From contig JBFMBF010000009.1 in assembly GCA_040755315.1 (NCBI GenBank), positions 1-42,592 on the forward strand: 42,592 bases of DNA. Direction: 5' to 3'. Position 1 is the stretch's first letter. Each line of letters starts with the position of its first letter. Of the stretch, positions 9,675 through 20,200 are shown piece by piece. This DNA comes from Candidatus Hadarchaeota archaeon. Lineage in GTDB: Archaea; Hadarchaeota; Hadarchaeia; Hadarchaeales; Hadarchaeaceae. A program made the translations under genes and the position numbers. Below the pieces are notes generated by a model that was given only the letters and a program-made list of their open reading frames with translations, did not search any database and was not told the origin of the DNA.

Positions 9675-10385
9675 ATGGTTGCAGACAAGGTGGCTGAAAT
9701 CTTGAAATCCGTGGAAGACGGGCGGAAAGAGCTTACTGAAATCGAGTCCAAGGCGGTGCTGCAGGCGCGGGGCATTCCCGTAAACCGCACGCAGCTTGCG
9801 ACCGATGTATCTGAAGCCATAAGAATTGCTAGGGAGATCCACTACCCTGTGGCTCTCAAGGTAGCTTCCCCTGACATCCTGCACAAAAGTGACGCGAAGG
9901 GTGTGAAGCTTGGCGTGGGTTCTGAGTTTGAACTCAAGCGGGCTTTTGAAGAGTTAATGAACAATGCCCGGACGTACAACCCTGGCGCAAGAATTCTCGG
10001 GGTCACCGTGCAGGAATACGTCCCGCCGGCGCGCGAGGTGATAATCGGGGGGCTGCAGGACAAGACCTTCGGCCCCACTGTGATGTTTGGGCTTGGCGGC
10101 ATCTGGGTGGAGGTCCTGAAAGACGTGAGCTTCAGGCTTGCCCCGCTGGACCCCGCTGAAGCAAGGGGGATGATTCAAGAAGTTAAGGGGAACCCTGTGC
10201 TGACAGGCACCAGGGGTACGCCGCCAGCGGACATTAACGCTATTGCAGACGTGATACAAAAAGTTGGTCAGTTAATAGTCGACTTCCCTGACATCTCTGA
10301 GATTGACATAAACCCGATGTTCGTGTTTGACGCGGGAAAAGGCGCAGTTGCGGTTGACGCCAGAATTCTGCTCGGGAGGGCTTAG
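9675..10385 (+). CDS. acdB: ADP-forming acetate/acyl-CoA ligase beta subunit (ATP-grasp)
   Basis: YPVALKVASPDILHKSD, FGPTVMFGLGGIWVEVLKD, EIDINP, AVDARI. Confidence 0.9.
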   Translation: MVADKVAEILKSVEDGRKELTEIESKAVLQARGIPVNRTQLATDVSEAIRIAREIHYPVALKVASPDILHKSDAKGVKLGVGSEFELKRAFEELMNNARTYNPGARILGVTVQEYVPPAREVIIGGLQDKTFGPTVMFGLGGIWVEVLKDVSFRLAPLDPAEARGMIQEVKGNPVLTGTRGTPPADINAIADVIQKVGQLIVDFPDISEIDINPMFVFDAGKGAVAVDARILLGRA

Positions 10386-10420
10386 CTGCACGGAGTTCCC
10401 CATGCTGCTGAACTTTAGGA

Positions 10421-11731
10421 GTGAGCCGGATGCCTGTCAATTTCATACGTCTTTTTGAGCCAAGGTCTGTGGCGGTCGTGGGCGCCTCGGAACTCAAGGG
10501 GGCTGGCGCGGCATTTTCGAATGAATTCAAGCTTATCGCGGAAAATGCATCCAAGCTTAAGAAAAAAATTTACATCGTCGACCTTAACCAAAAACTTCCC
10601 GGAGCGGTCGGGCTGGGCAAAGTCCCCAAAGGGGTAGACCTAGTGGTCGTCGCGCTCCCTAGAGAGCTGCTGGCAAAAAATCTGAGCAAGATACTCTCCA
10701 AAAAAATGGGGGCCCTCGCGCTGACAGAGGAAGAAGTGGACACAAAAGTTGAAAAGGAGTTGGCTAAGAAAAAAGTCATTGCTCTTGGGCCTGGGTCATT
10801 TGGGGTCGTGAACACAAAGATTGGCCTTGCTGCAGTGCCTGAAAGTGGCCCATCCTTCAGGTTTGGCGGGATTTCTATCGTTTCTGGAGGCCGCGCATCA
10901 ACCATCAACATCATTGGGCGCGCCAAGTCATGGGGGGTGGGCATGGCAAAACTTGTCTCCACGGGGAGAGGTCTTTGGATCGGCCAAGCTGAACTCATCC
11001 ACCACCTGGCCTCCGACAAGGAAACCCGCGTGATATGCATCTTCATCGACGATGTGAAAGATGGCCGAAGGTTAATGAGCGCCGTGAAAGGAGCCTCGGT
11101 GAAAAAGCCGATTGTGGTGATGAAATGCGGCCCGCCCGACAAGGTGTTTGAAGGCGCAATAAACCAATCGGGTGGCATCATTGCTGAAAACTTCGGAGAC
11201 ATGCTGGGCGGAGCAGTGGCGCTTGAAAAGTTCTCTGGCATGAATGGAAAAAGAGTGGCGCTGGTCGCAGGCCTTGAGGAGGAGGCAAATCTGGTGGCCG
11301 GACAAATGTTGAAAGACGGGCTGGAGCTGGCTAAACCATCCGAAGAGACTTTCAAGAAGATATTGAACAAATGCCGCGGAGCAAGGATGGAAGGATGGGT
11401 CTGCCTTGGGAGTGCCGCCAATGTCGATGCGTACAAGAACGCAATAAAGGAAGTCCTCTCTGATGATTCCGTCGACGGGGTTATGGTGGCCTGCGCGGGG
11501 GCCGTTGCCCTCACTCCCGATGACTATTCAAAAATGGCGGACGCGGCCGGCAAGTCCAAGGAAAAACCAGTTGTGATAGTGGTTGACGTTAAGTCAGGCG
11601 CGGTCGCGAGGGAAGCGCTGGGAGAAAAGAGTTCTCCCATCTACTGGAGCGAGAGGCTTGCTGCAATCGCCCTGAAGATGCTCAAGCTCCGGCATGACAT
11701 CGTTGAACTAAGCGGAATGCCATCTGAGTAG
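10421..11731 (+). CDS. Degenerate ACD alpha-subunit homolog (CoA-binding fold) lacking the phospho-His loop
   Basis: LFEPRSVAVVGAS, LGPGSFGVVN, KKPIVVMK; the canonical SHTG segment is absent. Confidence 0.75.
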   Translation: MSRMPVNFIRLFEPRSVAVVGASELKGAGAAFSNEFKLIAENASKLKKKIYIVDLNQKLPGAVGLGKVPKGVDLVVVALPRELLAKNLSKILSKKMGALALTEEEVDTKVEKELAKKKVIALGPGSFGVVNTKIGLAAVPESGPSFRFGGISIVSGGRASTINIIGRAKSWGVGMAKLVSTGRGLWIGQAELIHHLASDKETRVICIFIDDVKDGRRLMSAVKGASVKKPIVVMKCGPPDKVFEGAINQSGGIIAENFGDMLGGAVALEKFSGMNGKRVALVAGLEEEANLVAGQMLKDGLELAKPSEETFKKILNKCRGARMEGWVCLGSAANVDAYKNAIKEVLSDDSVDGVMVACAGAVALTPDDYSKMADAAGKSKEKPVVIVVDVKSGAVAREALGEKSSPIYWSERLAAIALKMLKLRHDIVELSGMPSE

Positions 11732-13054
11732 GGCCTGCCCGCGACCTTTTTTTCCAATTACTTTCTCGCCGTCGAAAATCACGTCGCCGCGGGAGATTGT
11801 CGCTGCTATCGCCCCCTTCACTCTCATTCCCTCGTAGGGTGTCCACCCGACTTTGTAGTGCAAGTCTTTTGCGGTGATCTTCACTTTTTTTCTGGTGTCC
11901 ACGACCACGAGGTCTGCATCGGAACCTTCTTTTATTGTGCCTTTCCGCGGGTAAAGTCCAAATATCTTGGCGGGCCTTGTACAGATGGCTTCGACCATGC
12001 GCTCAAGCTTTAGCCTTCCCTCCGCCACTCCTTTTCCAAACATTATTGGCAGCAGGGTCTCTAAGCCGGGGACGCCTGTCTGAGCACTCCAGATGTCTTT
12101 CCACCCCACTTCTTTTTCTTCACGAGTCCCAGGCGCATGGTCTGTGACGACTATGTCGATTATCCCGGCCGCGAGCGCCCTCCAGAGCGATTCCCTTTCG
12201 TTGGCGCCCTTCAAGGATGGGTTGACTTTTAGGTAAGGGCCCAACCTAGGGACATCTGACTTGGAAAAAATCAAATGGTGTGTGGTGACCTCTGCCGTTA
12301 CCTCCTTTTTCTTTCTCTTCGCCGCTCTGATGAAGGCGCAGGCCCCACCAGTGGTTATGTGGGCCAGGTGCAGCTTGCACCCGACATCAGAAGCATTTTC
12401 AACCACTGCCCTGACGGCTTTTTCCTCTGCTTCTCCAGACCGCGCCTCGTGGTGGGCAAGCGGGTCATTCCTCCCGGATTTGATCAACTTGTCCTGCGTT
12501 TCACTTACCATTTTATCGTCCTCCGCGTGGATGAACGTCGTTCCACCGACTCTGCTCACCGCAGCCATGAGCCTCCTCATGTCACGCTGGTTCAGACGAT
12601 AAGGCGCGCATGTGAACGCCTTAAAGGATTTTACTCCAAGATATGAAAGCTCCCGAACGACCGTTATTGCCTCGGGGGTGAAATTACCCGTATGGAGAGA
12701 AAAGTCGACCAAACTATTTTTTTCTCCAGCTGTAACAACTTTCTTCAAATCTTCCGGCGCAAGGACCGGCGTGTCCCAAGGCATCATCACAACTGTTGTC
12801 ACGCCCCCGGCTGCAGCCGAGGTGCTTCCGCTTTTGAAATCCTCGCGATGAACGAACTTTGGGTCATAGATGTGGGCGTGAGCATCAATCACCCCAGGGA
12901 TTACGAGCTTTTCCTTGGCATCCATCTCCATTTCGCCCCTTGGCACCCCTGTTACGGAGATTTTTTTGGTAACCCCGTCCTCAATAGAAAGCTCTCCATT
13001 GACGATGCCCCGGGGTAACACTAGTCTGGCATTCCTGACAACCAAATCTGGCAT
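11708..13054 (-). CDS. Cyclic amidohydrolase (allantoinase/dihydropyrimidinase/dihydroorotase-like)
   Basis: PGVIDAHAH, SAAAGGVTT, FKAF, HAED, TDHAP. It lacks the HxHxR arginine typical of dihydroorotase. Confidence 0.85.
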   Translation of the reverse strand: MPDLVVRNARLVLPRGIVNGELSIEDGVTKKISVTGVPRGEMEMDAKEKLVIPGVIDAHAHIYDPKFVHREDFKSGSTSAAAGGVTTVVMMPWDTPVLAPEDLKKVVTAGEKNSLVDFSLHTGNFTPEAITVVRELSYLGVKSFKAFTCAPYRLNQRDMRRLMAAVSRVGGTTFIHAEDDKMVSETQDKLIKSGRNDPLAHHEARSGEAEEKAVRAVVENASDVGCKLHLAHITTGGACAFIRAAKRKKKEVTAEVTTHHLIFSKSDVPRLGPYLKVNPSLKGANERESLWRALAAGIIDIVVTDHAPGTREEKEVGWKDIWSAQTGVPGLETLLPIMFGKGVAEGRLKLERMVEAICTRPAKIFGLYPRKGTIKEGSDADLVVVDTRKKVKITAKDLHYKVGWTPYEGMRVKGAIAATISRGDVIFDGEKVIGKKGRGQALLRWHSA

Positions 13055-13063
13055 GAAATGCAC

Positions 13064-13291
13064 CTATGGGGTCTGTGGTTTCCTTCGCACGGCTGAGAGT
13101 GCCGCCCTGATGTCACTGCCGTTCACTGTTTTTGCCCCCCTGTGCTCGCATAGCTTGACGGCCTCCTGAGAAATTTGGACTCCATACTCCTCAAGCACCA
13201 GCCCAAGCTCTGCGGCGGCCTTTGGGGAGACCCGCGCGCCTGTGGCCCTCTTGATCACCTTCGCCAGCGTTGTTGGTGAAAATTCAGCCAT
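13064..13291 (-). CDS. Archaeal histone (HMf-like fold)
   Basis: KVIKRATGARVSPKAA...EAVKLCEHRGAKTVNGSDI, 75 aa. Confidence 0.85.
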   Translation of the reverse strand: MAEFSPTTLAKVIKRATGARVSPKAAAELGLVLEEYGVQISQEAVKLCEHRGAKTVNGSDIRAALSAVRRKPQTP

Positions 13292-13405
13292 TGTCCACGA
13301 TATCCATTAGAAAAACCGACTTATAAAAACCACTTCTCCACCCGAAGATGCAAGAGTAGGTGTCAACCTTTAAATCGTTCTCAACTGTTCTCTTTTGGGA
13401 GTAAG

Positions 13406-14746
13406 ATGGCGGACCTGCTGATAAAAAATGGGCTTGTAGTAACCATGGACCGTGACTGCAGAATAATTCCGGATGGGACGATTTCTGTTGAAGACGGGCG
13501 GATAAAGTCGTTGAAAAAAGGACGGGCAACTGGAAACAAGGCAGATGAAATCATTGACGCTCGCGGGAAAATAGTAATGCCTGGCCTGGTATGTTCGCAT
13601 ACTCACCTTTATGGAATGCTGCTCCGCGGCGCGCCGCTTAAAATAGAGCCGCCCACGGACTTCTCACAAATACTCCAGAGGGTGTGGTGGCCGATGGACG
13701 AGGCCATGGGAAAAGAAGATGCATATGCAAGCGCCGTCATATCCTGCCTCGAGTTCCTTAAGACGGGTACGACCCTTTTCGCCGACACGTTCTCCGGACC
13801 AAACTCCATAACGGGGGTACTGGACAAAATCGCCTCGGCTGTTGAGCAATCTGGAATCAGGGGAATACTTGCCTTCGAGGCCACCGAGCGGCACTCCAAC
13901 GCTGAAGGAACAAAGGGGATGAGGGAGAATGAGAGGTTCATCAAAAAAATGAAGAAAGAAAAGGCGCGCCGTGTGACTGGCATGATAAGCCTCCACGCCT
14001 CCTTCACCATTTCAGACGAACTCATCAAGTGGGCTAGGGATTTGGCCAGCCGCTACAAGGCTCCCCTGACTATCCACACTTCAGAGGGGCTCGCGGACTT
14101 GTACCACAACTATGAGAAGTTTGGAAAGAGGACGGTGGAAAGATTGAAAGAAGAGGGCCTTCTGGGTCCAGACGTTGTGCTCGCCCACTGCGTCCACGTG
14201 AACGACAATGAACTCGAGATAATCAAAAAGATGGGGGCAAAAGTAGCCCACAACCCCATGAGCAACATGCTGAACGCAGTGGGAGTGGCCCCAGTGCCGA
14301 AAATGCTCGGGATGGGGATTCCTGTGGGGCTTGGCAATGATGGGTACATCTTTGATGGCTTTGAGAATATCCGCGCGGCATTTTTGTTACACAAGTTGGC
14401 TGGACGGGACCCACGCGCCATAACTCCCAGGGAAGTCATGGAGATGGCGACCATCAGGGGAGCCGAACTTTACGGGTTAGGAAACGAGCTCGGGTCTCTG
14501 GAACAAGGCAAGCTGGCCGACATCATAATCATCGATCCCTCCATAGCTCCGACACCTGTCACCCCTGACAGCGTGCTTGGGCATCTTGTAAACACTGTAG
14601 ATGGAGATGACGTGGAAACCACCATCGTGGGGGGGAATGTGCTTATGCGCGAGAGGAAGGTGCTGTCAATGGATGAAGGAGAGGTTGTGAGCATTTCGAG
14701 AAAAACCGCGAAGAAGCTGTGGCAAAAGCTCGGCGCTGCGAGGTGA
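13406..14746 (+). CDS. SsnA/MTA-SAH deaminase-like amidohydrolase
   Basis: MPGLVCSHTHLY, LHASFT, IHTSEG, LAHCVH, HNPMSNMLN, GLGNDG. Confidence 0.88.
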   Translation: MADLLIKNGLVVTMDRDCRIIPDGTISVEDGRIKSLKKGRATGNKADEIIDARGKIVMPGLVCSHTHLYGMLLRGAPLKIEPPTDFSQILQRVWWPMDEAMGKEDAYASAVISCLEFLKTGTTLFADTFSGPNSITGVLDKIASAVEQSGIRGILAFEATERHSNAEGTKGMRENERFIKKMKKEKARRVTGMISLHASFTISDELIKWARDLASRYKAPLTIHTSEGLADLYHNYEKFGKRTVERLKEEGLLGPDVVLAHCVHVNDNELEIIKKMGAKVAHNPMSNMLNAVGVAPVPKMLGMGIPVGLGNDGYIFDGFENIRAAFLLHKLAGRDPRAITPREVMEMATIRGAELYGLGNELGSLEQGKLADIIIIDPSIAPTPVTPDSVLGHLVNTVDGDDVETTIVGGNVLMRERKVLSMDEGEVVSISRKTAKKLWQKLGAAR

Positions 14747-14752
14747 GCCGGG

Positions 14753-15844
14753 GTGGACCTTTCTGTTGAGATATGCGGCTTGAAGCTCCGGAATCCTATC
14801 CTGCCTGCCGCCGGCCCAAACGTTATGGATGGCAACACACTTGTGAAGGCTGCCGAGGGAGGAGCGGGTGGACTGGTCGCGAAGACTGTGGGCGTTAAGC
14901 ACGCCGAGGTTCCACGCCCCTGTATAGTAAAAATCAAAGACAGTCTGTTAAACTGCGAGTTCTGGTCGGACATTCCTTTGGAAAAATGGATCAAAACAGA
15001 GTACCCAAAAGCTAAAAAGACGGGTCTTCCTCTTATCGCAAGCATTGGATACCGCGCGGAGGAAATTAGGGAAGTTGCCCCGAAAATTGTTGATGCCGGG
15101 GCAGATGCATTAGAGCTTTCGACACAATACTTGGGGAACGACCCAACATCAGTTGCTGAAGCCACGGAGGCGGCCAAAGAAGTCGTGAAAGTTCCAATCT
15201 TCATAAAGCTGAGCCCGAATGTACCCGACATAATACAGTTCGCGGAGGCCGCGGAAAAAGCTGGAGCGGACGGGATAGTTACTGTAAACGCGTTTGGACC
15301 GTGTTTGGCGATTGACATTGAGAACGCCATGCCGATGCTCGGGAGTGCCCACGGCTACGGCTGGCTCTCTGGGCCTTCAATAAAACCCCTTGCAATAAGG
15401 TGCGTTGCGGACATCGTGCGGTCCGTCAAAATACCAGTAATAGGTGCTGGGGGGATATCCAACGGACGTGACGCTATTGAGTTCATAATGGCCGGAGCAT
15501 CAGCGGTCCAAGTGTGCACGGCTGCCATTGTGAGGGGACCAAAAGTTTACGGGATAATGGCCGATGAGATGGGCAAGTTCATGCGGGCCAAGAACTACAA
15601 CGCAATCGAAGACATGAGGGGGGCCGCCCTTAAACACCTCCCAGAACAGCCGCCTCACACGACTGCGAGCCCTGTTGAAGTGATAGAATCCAGGTGTACC
15701 GCATGCGGCCTATGCGAGCGCCACTGCCCCTACGACGCAATCCACGTGAAGGGTAAAGTGGCCCGAGTTGATCCCGCAAAGTGCTACACCTGCGGACTCT
15801 GCGTCTCTGTTTGCCCAACCAGAGCCATCAGGTACTCTTGGTAA
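14753..15844 (+). CDS. Dihydroorotate/dihydropyrimidine dehydrogenase-like FMN enzyme with C-terminal 2x[4Fe-4S] domain
   Basis: LRNPILPAAGP, AKTV, KLSPN, GWLSGP, GAGGI, GASAVQVCT, two CxxCxxCxxxCP motifs. Confidence 0.85.
   Translation: MDLSVEICGLKLRNPILPAAGPNVMDGNTLVKAAEGGAGGLVAKTVGVKHAEVPRPCIVKIKDSLLNCEFWSDIPLEKWIKTEYPKAKKTGLPLIASIGYRAEEIREVAPKIVDAGADALELSTQYLGNDPTSVAEATEAAKEVVKVPIFIKLSPNVPDIIQFAEAAEKAGADGIVTVNAFGPCLAIDIENAMPMLGSAHGYGWLSGPSIKPLAIRCVADIVRSVKIPVIGAGGISNGRDAIEFIMAGASAVQVCTAAIVRGPKVYGIMADEMGKFMRAKNYNAIEDMRGAALKHLPEQPPHTTASPVEVIESRCTACGLCERHCPYDAIHVKGKVARVDPAKCYTCGLCVSVCPTRAIRYSW
15783..15844 (+). repeat. Left 62-bp direct repeat (3' end of the DHOD-like gene)
   Basis: 53/62 identical to 20673-20734, with the first 28 nt exact. 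Confidence 0.9.
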
Positions 15845-15870
15845 CGTTGTGCTCGTCTAAAACAAACTGT

Positions 15871-17193
15871 CTAAAAACGCCTCCAAAGTTCTGAAGCCAA
15901 TTGAGTGGTTTTTTGAGCGATGGATTTCTCGTCTAGCCCTACCAATTTTTTATCGTGCATCAAAATTTTTCCGTTACATATTGTCGTGTCTACCGTTGCA
16001 TCAACCAGCCCAAAGATCAGATGGCCTAAAAAGTTGTTCTCATTCAAGATGGTGGGGGAAAGGTAGTCCACCAAAATTATGTCAGCTGGAGCACCACTTT
16101 CTATTTTTCCTACGCTCCAGCCAGTTGCCCTTTGCACAATTTTGGGGTTGTTTTCCAAAAGCATTGCGGGCGCTTCCAAAAATGCAACCCGCGGGTCTTG
16201 CTTTACGTGGCGATGGAGGAGGTATGCACATCTCATCTGAGCAAGCATGTCTGAGTTCATCCCATCTGTGCCCAAGCCTACTTCAATCCCTTTTCTCATC
16301 ATCCCCAAGACGTCGGCGCAGCCCACGGCATTGTTCATGTTTGATTCTGGGTTGTGAACCACGTTTGTGCCTGTGGCTTTCAAAGTGTCCATCTCTTTTT
16401 CATTGATGTGGACGCAGTGCACAGCGATTGATTTCTCTCCCAATGCACCATGTGAATTCAACCTTTCGATCACCCTCATGTTGTATTTTTTCACATTTTC
16501 ATCTTGGTCTGCTTTGTCCTCGGCGCAATGAACGTGGATCCCGACTCTGAATTTTTTTGCGAGCTGAACAGACCTGTCCAGTGTATCATCATTCACCGTA
16601 AATGCGGCGTGTAGACCGACCATTCCTTTCACGAGTTGCGACGGTTTGGATTTAAGCAGGGAAAGGAAGCGTTCGTTTTCTTTCAGCCCCTCTTGCCCCT
16701 TCCCGTAGCGGTCAGATGTTCCAAAACACAGAGAGGCCCGGATTCCAACTTCCTCCACTGCCCGGGCGATTTCATCCAGGCTCCCCCTTTGAAAAGATTG
16801 GCTTTCGTGATGGTCGATAATTGTGGTGGTTCCATTTCTCACGCACTCGATCAGGGGAACCAACGAGCTGTAGTAAATATCCTCCTTGGTCAGAGCGTTG
16901 TCCAACTTCCACCATAGCTTCTCCAATATTTCCACAAAATTCTTCGCGGGCTCGCCTGGGATTGCCATTCCCCTGGCAAAAGTGGAATAGAGGTGATGAT
17001 GGGTACAAATCAGGCCCGGCATTACTACCTTTCCTGTCGCGTCAATGACTTCCTCGACCCGGTGCTTTCCGCCAGCTTCTTTTTCAACACTTGTGATTTC
17101 TCCATCCTGAATGGCCACATTTCCTCGCTTGAGAATCCGTCGTTCATTGTCCATCGTTACTATTAACCCGTTTTTTATCACTATACTTGTCAT
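15871..17193 (-). CDS. ssnA: Putative aminohydrolase SsnA
   Basis: ICTHHHLYSTFARG, ILEKLWWKLD, HNPESNMNNAVG; directly downstream of ygfK. Confidence 0.88.
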   Translation of the reverse strand: MTSIVIKNGLIVTMDNERRILKRGNVAIQDGEITSVEKEAGGKHRVEEVIDATGKVVMPGLICTHHHLYSTFARGMAIPGEPAKNFVEILEKLWWKLDNALTKEDIYYSSLVPLIECVRNGTTTIIDHHESQSFQRGSLDEIARAVEEVGIRASLCFGTSDRYGKGQEGLKENERFLSLLKSKPSQLVKGMVGLHAAFTVNDDTLDRSVQLAKKFRVGIHVHCAEDKADQDENVKKYNMRVIERLNSHGALGEKSIAVHCVHINEKEMDTLKATGTNVVHNPESNMNNAVGCADVLGMMRKGIEVGLGTDGMNSDMLAQMRCAYLLHRHVKQDPRVAFLEAPAMLLENNPKIVQRATGWSVGKIESGAPADIILVDYLSPTILNENNFLGHLIFGLVDATVDTTICNGKILMHDKKLVGLDEKSIAQKTTQLASELWRRF

Positions 17194-17236
17194 GTGGTTC
17201 CTCCACCTAACATTGATTTGCAAGTTGTCATAAAAA

Positions 17237-20200
17237 CTATTGGCTTCGGGCAAATGGCAGGAATGGCAAAGATGTTGTAACCCCTTTTAGGATTACGTAC
17301 ATCTCTGCTGGGCCAACCAAAGAAAACTCTCCTTTGAAATCCTTTTTCAATTCCATACGCTTAATTCTAAAATCGGGAGACAATTCAAGTCTCACCCACT
17401 CGTTTTCAAACGTCATTTCTTTGGTCCCGTTCCCCATGAACAGACTTGACTCTTTTCCGTTCTCCCGCCTTCGGATGATCCACTCCTCCCCTTTTCTCTC
17501 GATGTGAAAAGCGTTGTCGTCTTCTCTTCCAAAGTCACTCCTCTCAAAGAACAGCTTGGGCTTGTCCATGTAAGGTTTTCCATTGTGCACGCAGAAGGTC
17601 GCGCAGTTGCCACACTGGTTGCAAAAGTCTTGGACATGGAGAATCTGCCTAGTCTGTGAAATTCGGAAAATCTCATCGCCGGACTCCTTTAATTCTCCCT
17701 GTCGGCTGGAGACCTTGGGTAGCCTCAGACTCGTGGGGGAAACAAAGAAAGTGTAATTAGCCCGATTGGGGCACACCTCCACGCACTTGTCGCAAAAGCT
17801 GGAGCATTGCATGCACCTTTCTGCCTCTTCCTGCGCCTCTTTTTCCGTCAACACTGCCTCGACAAGGTCAAAGCCGCCGCGCTTTTCTGGAGGGAGCATG
17901 GATCTCTTGTGCTGTGCCTCTTTTCTCGCTCGGACGCGTTTCACCTGCACGATGTCTTCTTTTGAAAGTGCTGAAAGTTTCCTATCTGGCAAACCAGCTT
18001 TTACGCCCAACTGTCGGCAGATTGCCTCTGCAGCCCGCCTTCCGTCAGCGCACGCCGCGATGATGGTTTCTGGCCCCCGAACGACATCCCCTCCAGCATA
18101 GACCCGCTCATGCCCTGTGAGCCCGGTCTGAGGGTCCACGACAATTGTGCCGTCATTGTTCAGGGAAATTGAGCTTTTGTTGAAGAGGGAGACATCTGGA
18201 CGCTGCCCGATGCCTGCTATTATGGAATCGGCCTCAATTTGGAATTCACTGCCTTCGATGGGAACTGGCCTTCTCCTACCGTCTGGGCCAGCCGATCCCA
18301 GTTTGTTCCGGATGCACTCTAAGGCCGCGACCCTGCCGTTATCGAGGATAATTCTGTTGGGTGCGGCCAGCTCTTCTATAGTTATTCCTTCCTCGAGGAG
18401 TTCCTCAACCTCCTCTTCTGCGGCCGGCATCTCCTCGCGGGTCCGCCTGTAGACTACGACCACCGGCCCGCCTGTGAGCCGCTTGGCCGTCCTAGCAGCA
18501 TCCATGGCCGTGTTCCCACCACCTATCACCAGAACTCTTTTGCCCAAGTCAACCCTTTCGCCCCGGCTCACCCGCTCTAGAAAATCGAGGGATTTGTAAA
18601 CTCCCTTTCCATCTTCACCTTCGATACCTAGGCGGGCGTCTTGTGAGAATCCCGATGCTACGTAAACGGCGTCGAAATTTTGATTTAGAAGCTCCTCAGG
18701 GGGCGTGGAAATGGGATGGGAAAGCTCGATCTTCACGCCCAGCTTCTTTATGCGCTCGATGTCAGTTTCTACGACCTCTTTTGGCAGTCTGAATGCTGGA
18801 GCAATGGCCAACATTCCACCTGGCCGGTCTTTAGCCTCATAGACCACCGCTTCAATCCCATTAACTGCCAAGAAGTAGGCTGCAGCCAGCCCAGCGGGGC
18901 CACTGCCAATCACTGCGACCTTGTGACCACTCTTTTCTGCTACCTTAACAGTTGCCTTCCCCTTCTCGGCGGCGAACCGCTTCAGCGCCCGGATGGCTAC
19001 GGGCTCGTCGTAGTTGTTTCGCGTGCATCTGGTCTGGCATAGATGGGTGCAAACGTAGCCTGTTACCATGGGCAACGGATTGCGAGATAGAATAATCTCC
19101 AATGCCCTATCGTATTCTCTCTGGGAAATCATCCGCGCGTACTCTGGCACATCCTGGAGGACTGCACACTGCTCCATGCAGGGGGTATTGACGCAATCAA
19201 ACAAGTCCAGCTTTGATTCGACCTTGGGGAGACCATATGGATGGTAGCTCTTTTTGTATCGCGGGTCATCCAAGGCCCGAGCTGCCTCAAGTTCTAGGTT
19301 GGCCAGCTTGTTCTTGGCGAGTTCCTCCAAGCTCTTAACTCCCCGGCTGCGCATATCCCTTTCCAAGTTTTCCAAATATTGGGTCGAATTGGCGTAACCG
19401 CCTGGTTTTAGAAGATCGGAGACTGTGGATATAGACCAAGCGCCGGAGGATAGGATGGACGTGACATTCAGCGCGTCGGCGCCTGCAGAGAAGGAGACTT
19501 TCAGGTCGCCGCCAAACTCTTTGGAGAGCTTGTGGAATAGATTGATGGTTATTGGGTAGAGTGCGCGTCCCGACATGTACATTTCATTGCCGGGGAGATT
19601 GCTCTTGTGATTTACCGTGGCTAAGGTGTTGCTCAGCTTGACCCCAAAAATCAGGCCCCGTTCATTGGCGACCTTCTGCAGGGCCCTGATCAATTTAACT
19701 GCAAGGTCATACTTCAGATCGTGCTCGAACACGGCGTCGGGGATGTTGATCTCCTTAAAACCAAGTTGGTCGTGGAGGATGCTAATCACCTTATCTTTGC
19801 CCAGCAGAGTTGGGTTCAGTTTGACAGTCGTGTGAAGCCCCCTTTCTTCCATCAGGTGCCTGCTAATTTTTTCTATTTCACCAGGGGGGCAGCCGTGCAT
19901 TGTAGAAAGGGTAACGCTGTTTACGATTTTGGCGGGAATCTCTATGTCAGCGAACTGGGGGAACTTTTCTTTCAAAACCTTCCTAATTTCGGAGATTTCC
20001 TTGGACGCGTCTTGCAGCCTGTCCATAAAATGGACCATTGGGGGACTCTGGATTCCTTTCAAATCATAACCGACGCTCATGTTGAAGACAGTTCCGATGG
20101 GAACTTTGCCTTCAAAGCCGAGGATTCTATGAAGAATGTGGATCAATGCCCAGGCCTTTACGTACTCCCACGCGGATTGGTCTAGCTTGAGCTCCTGGGA

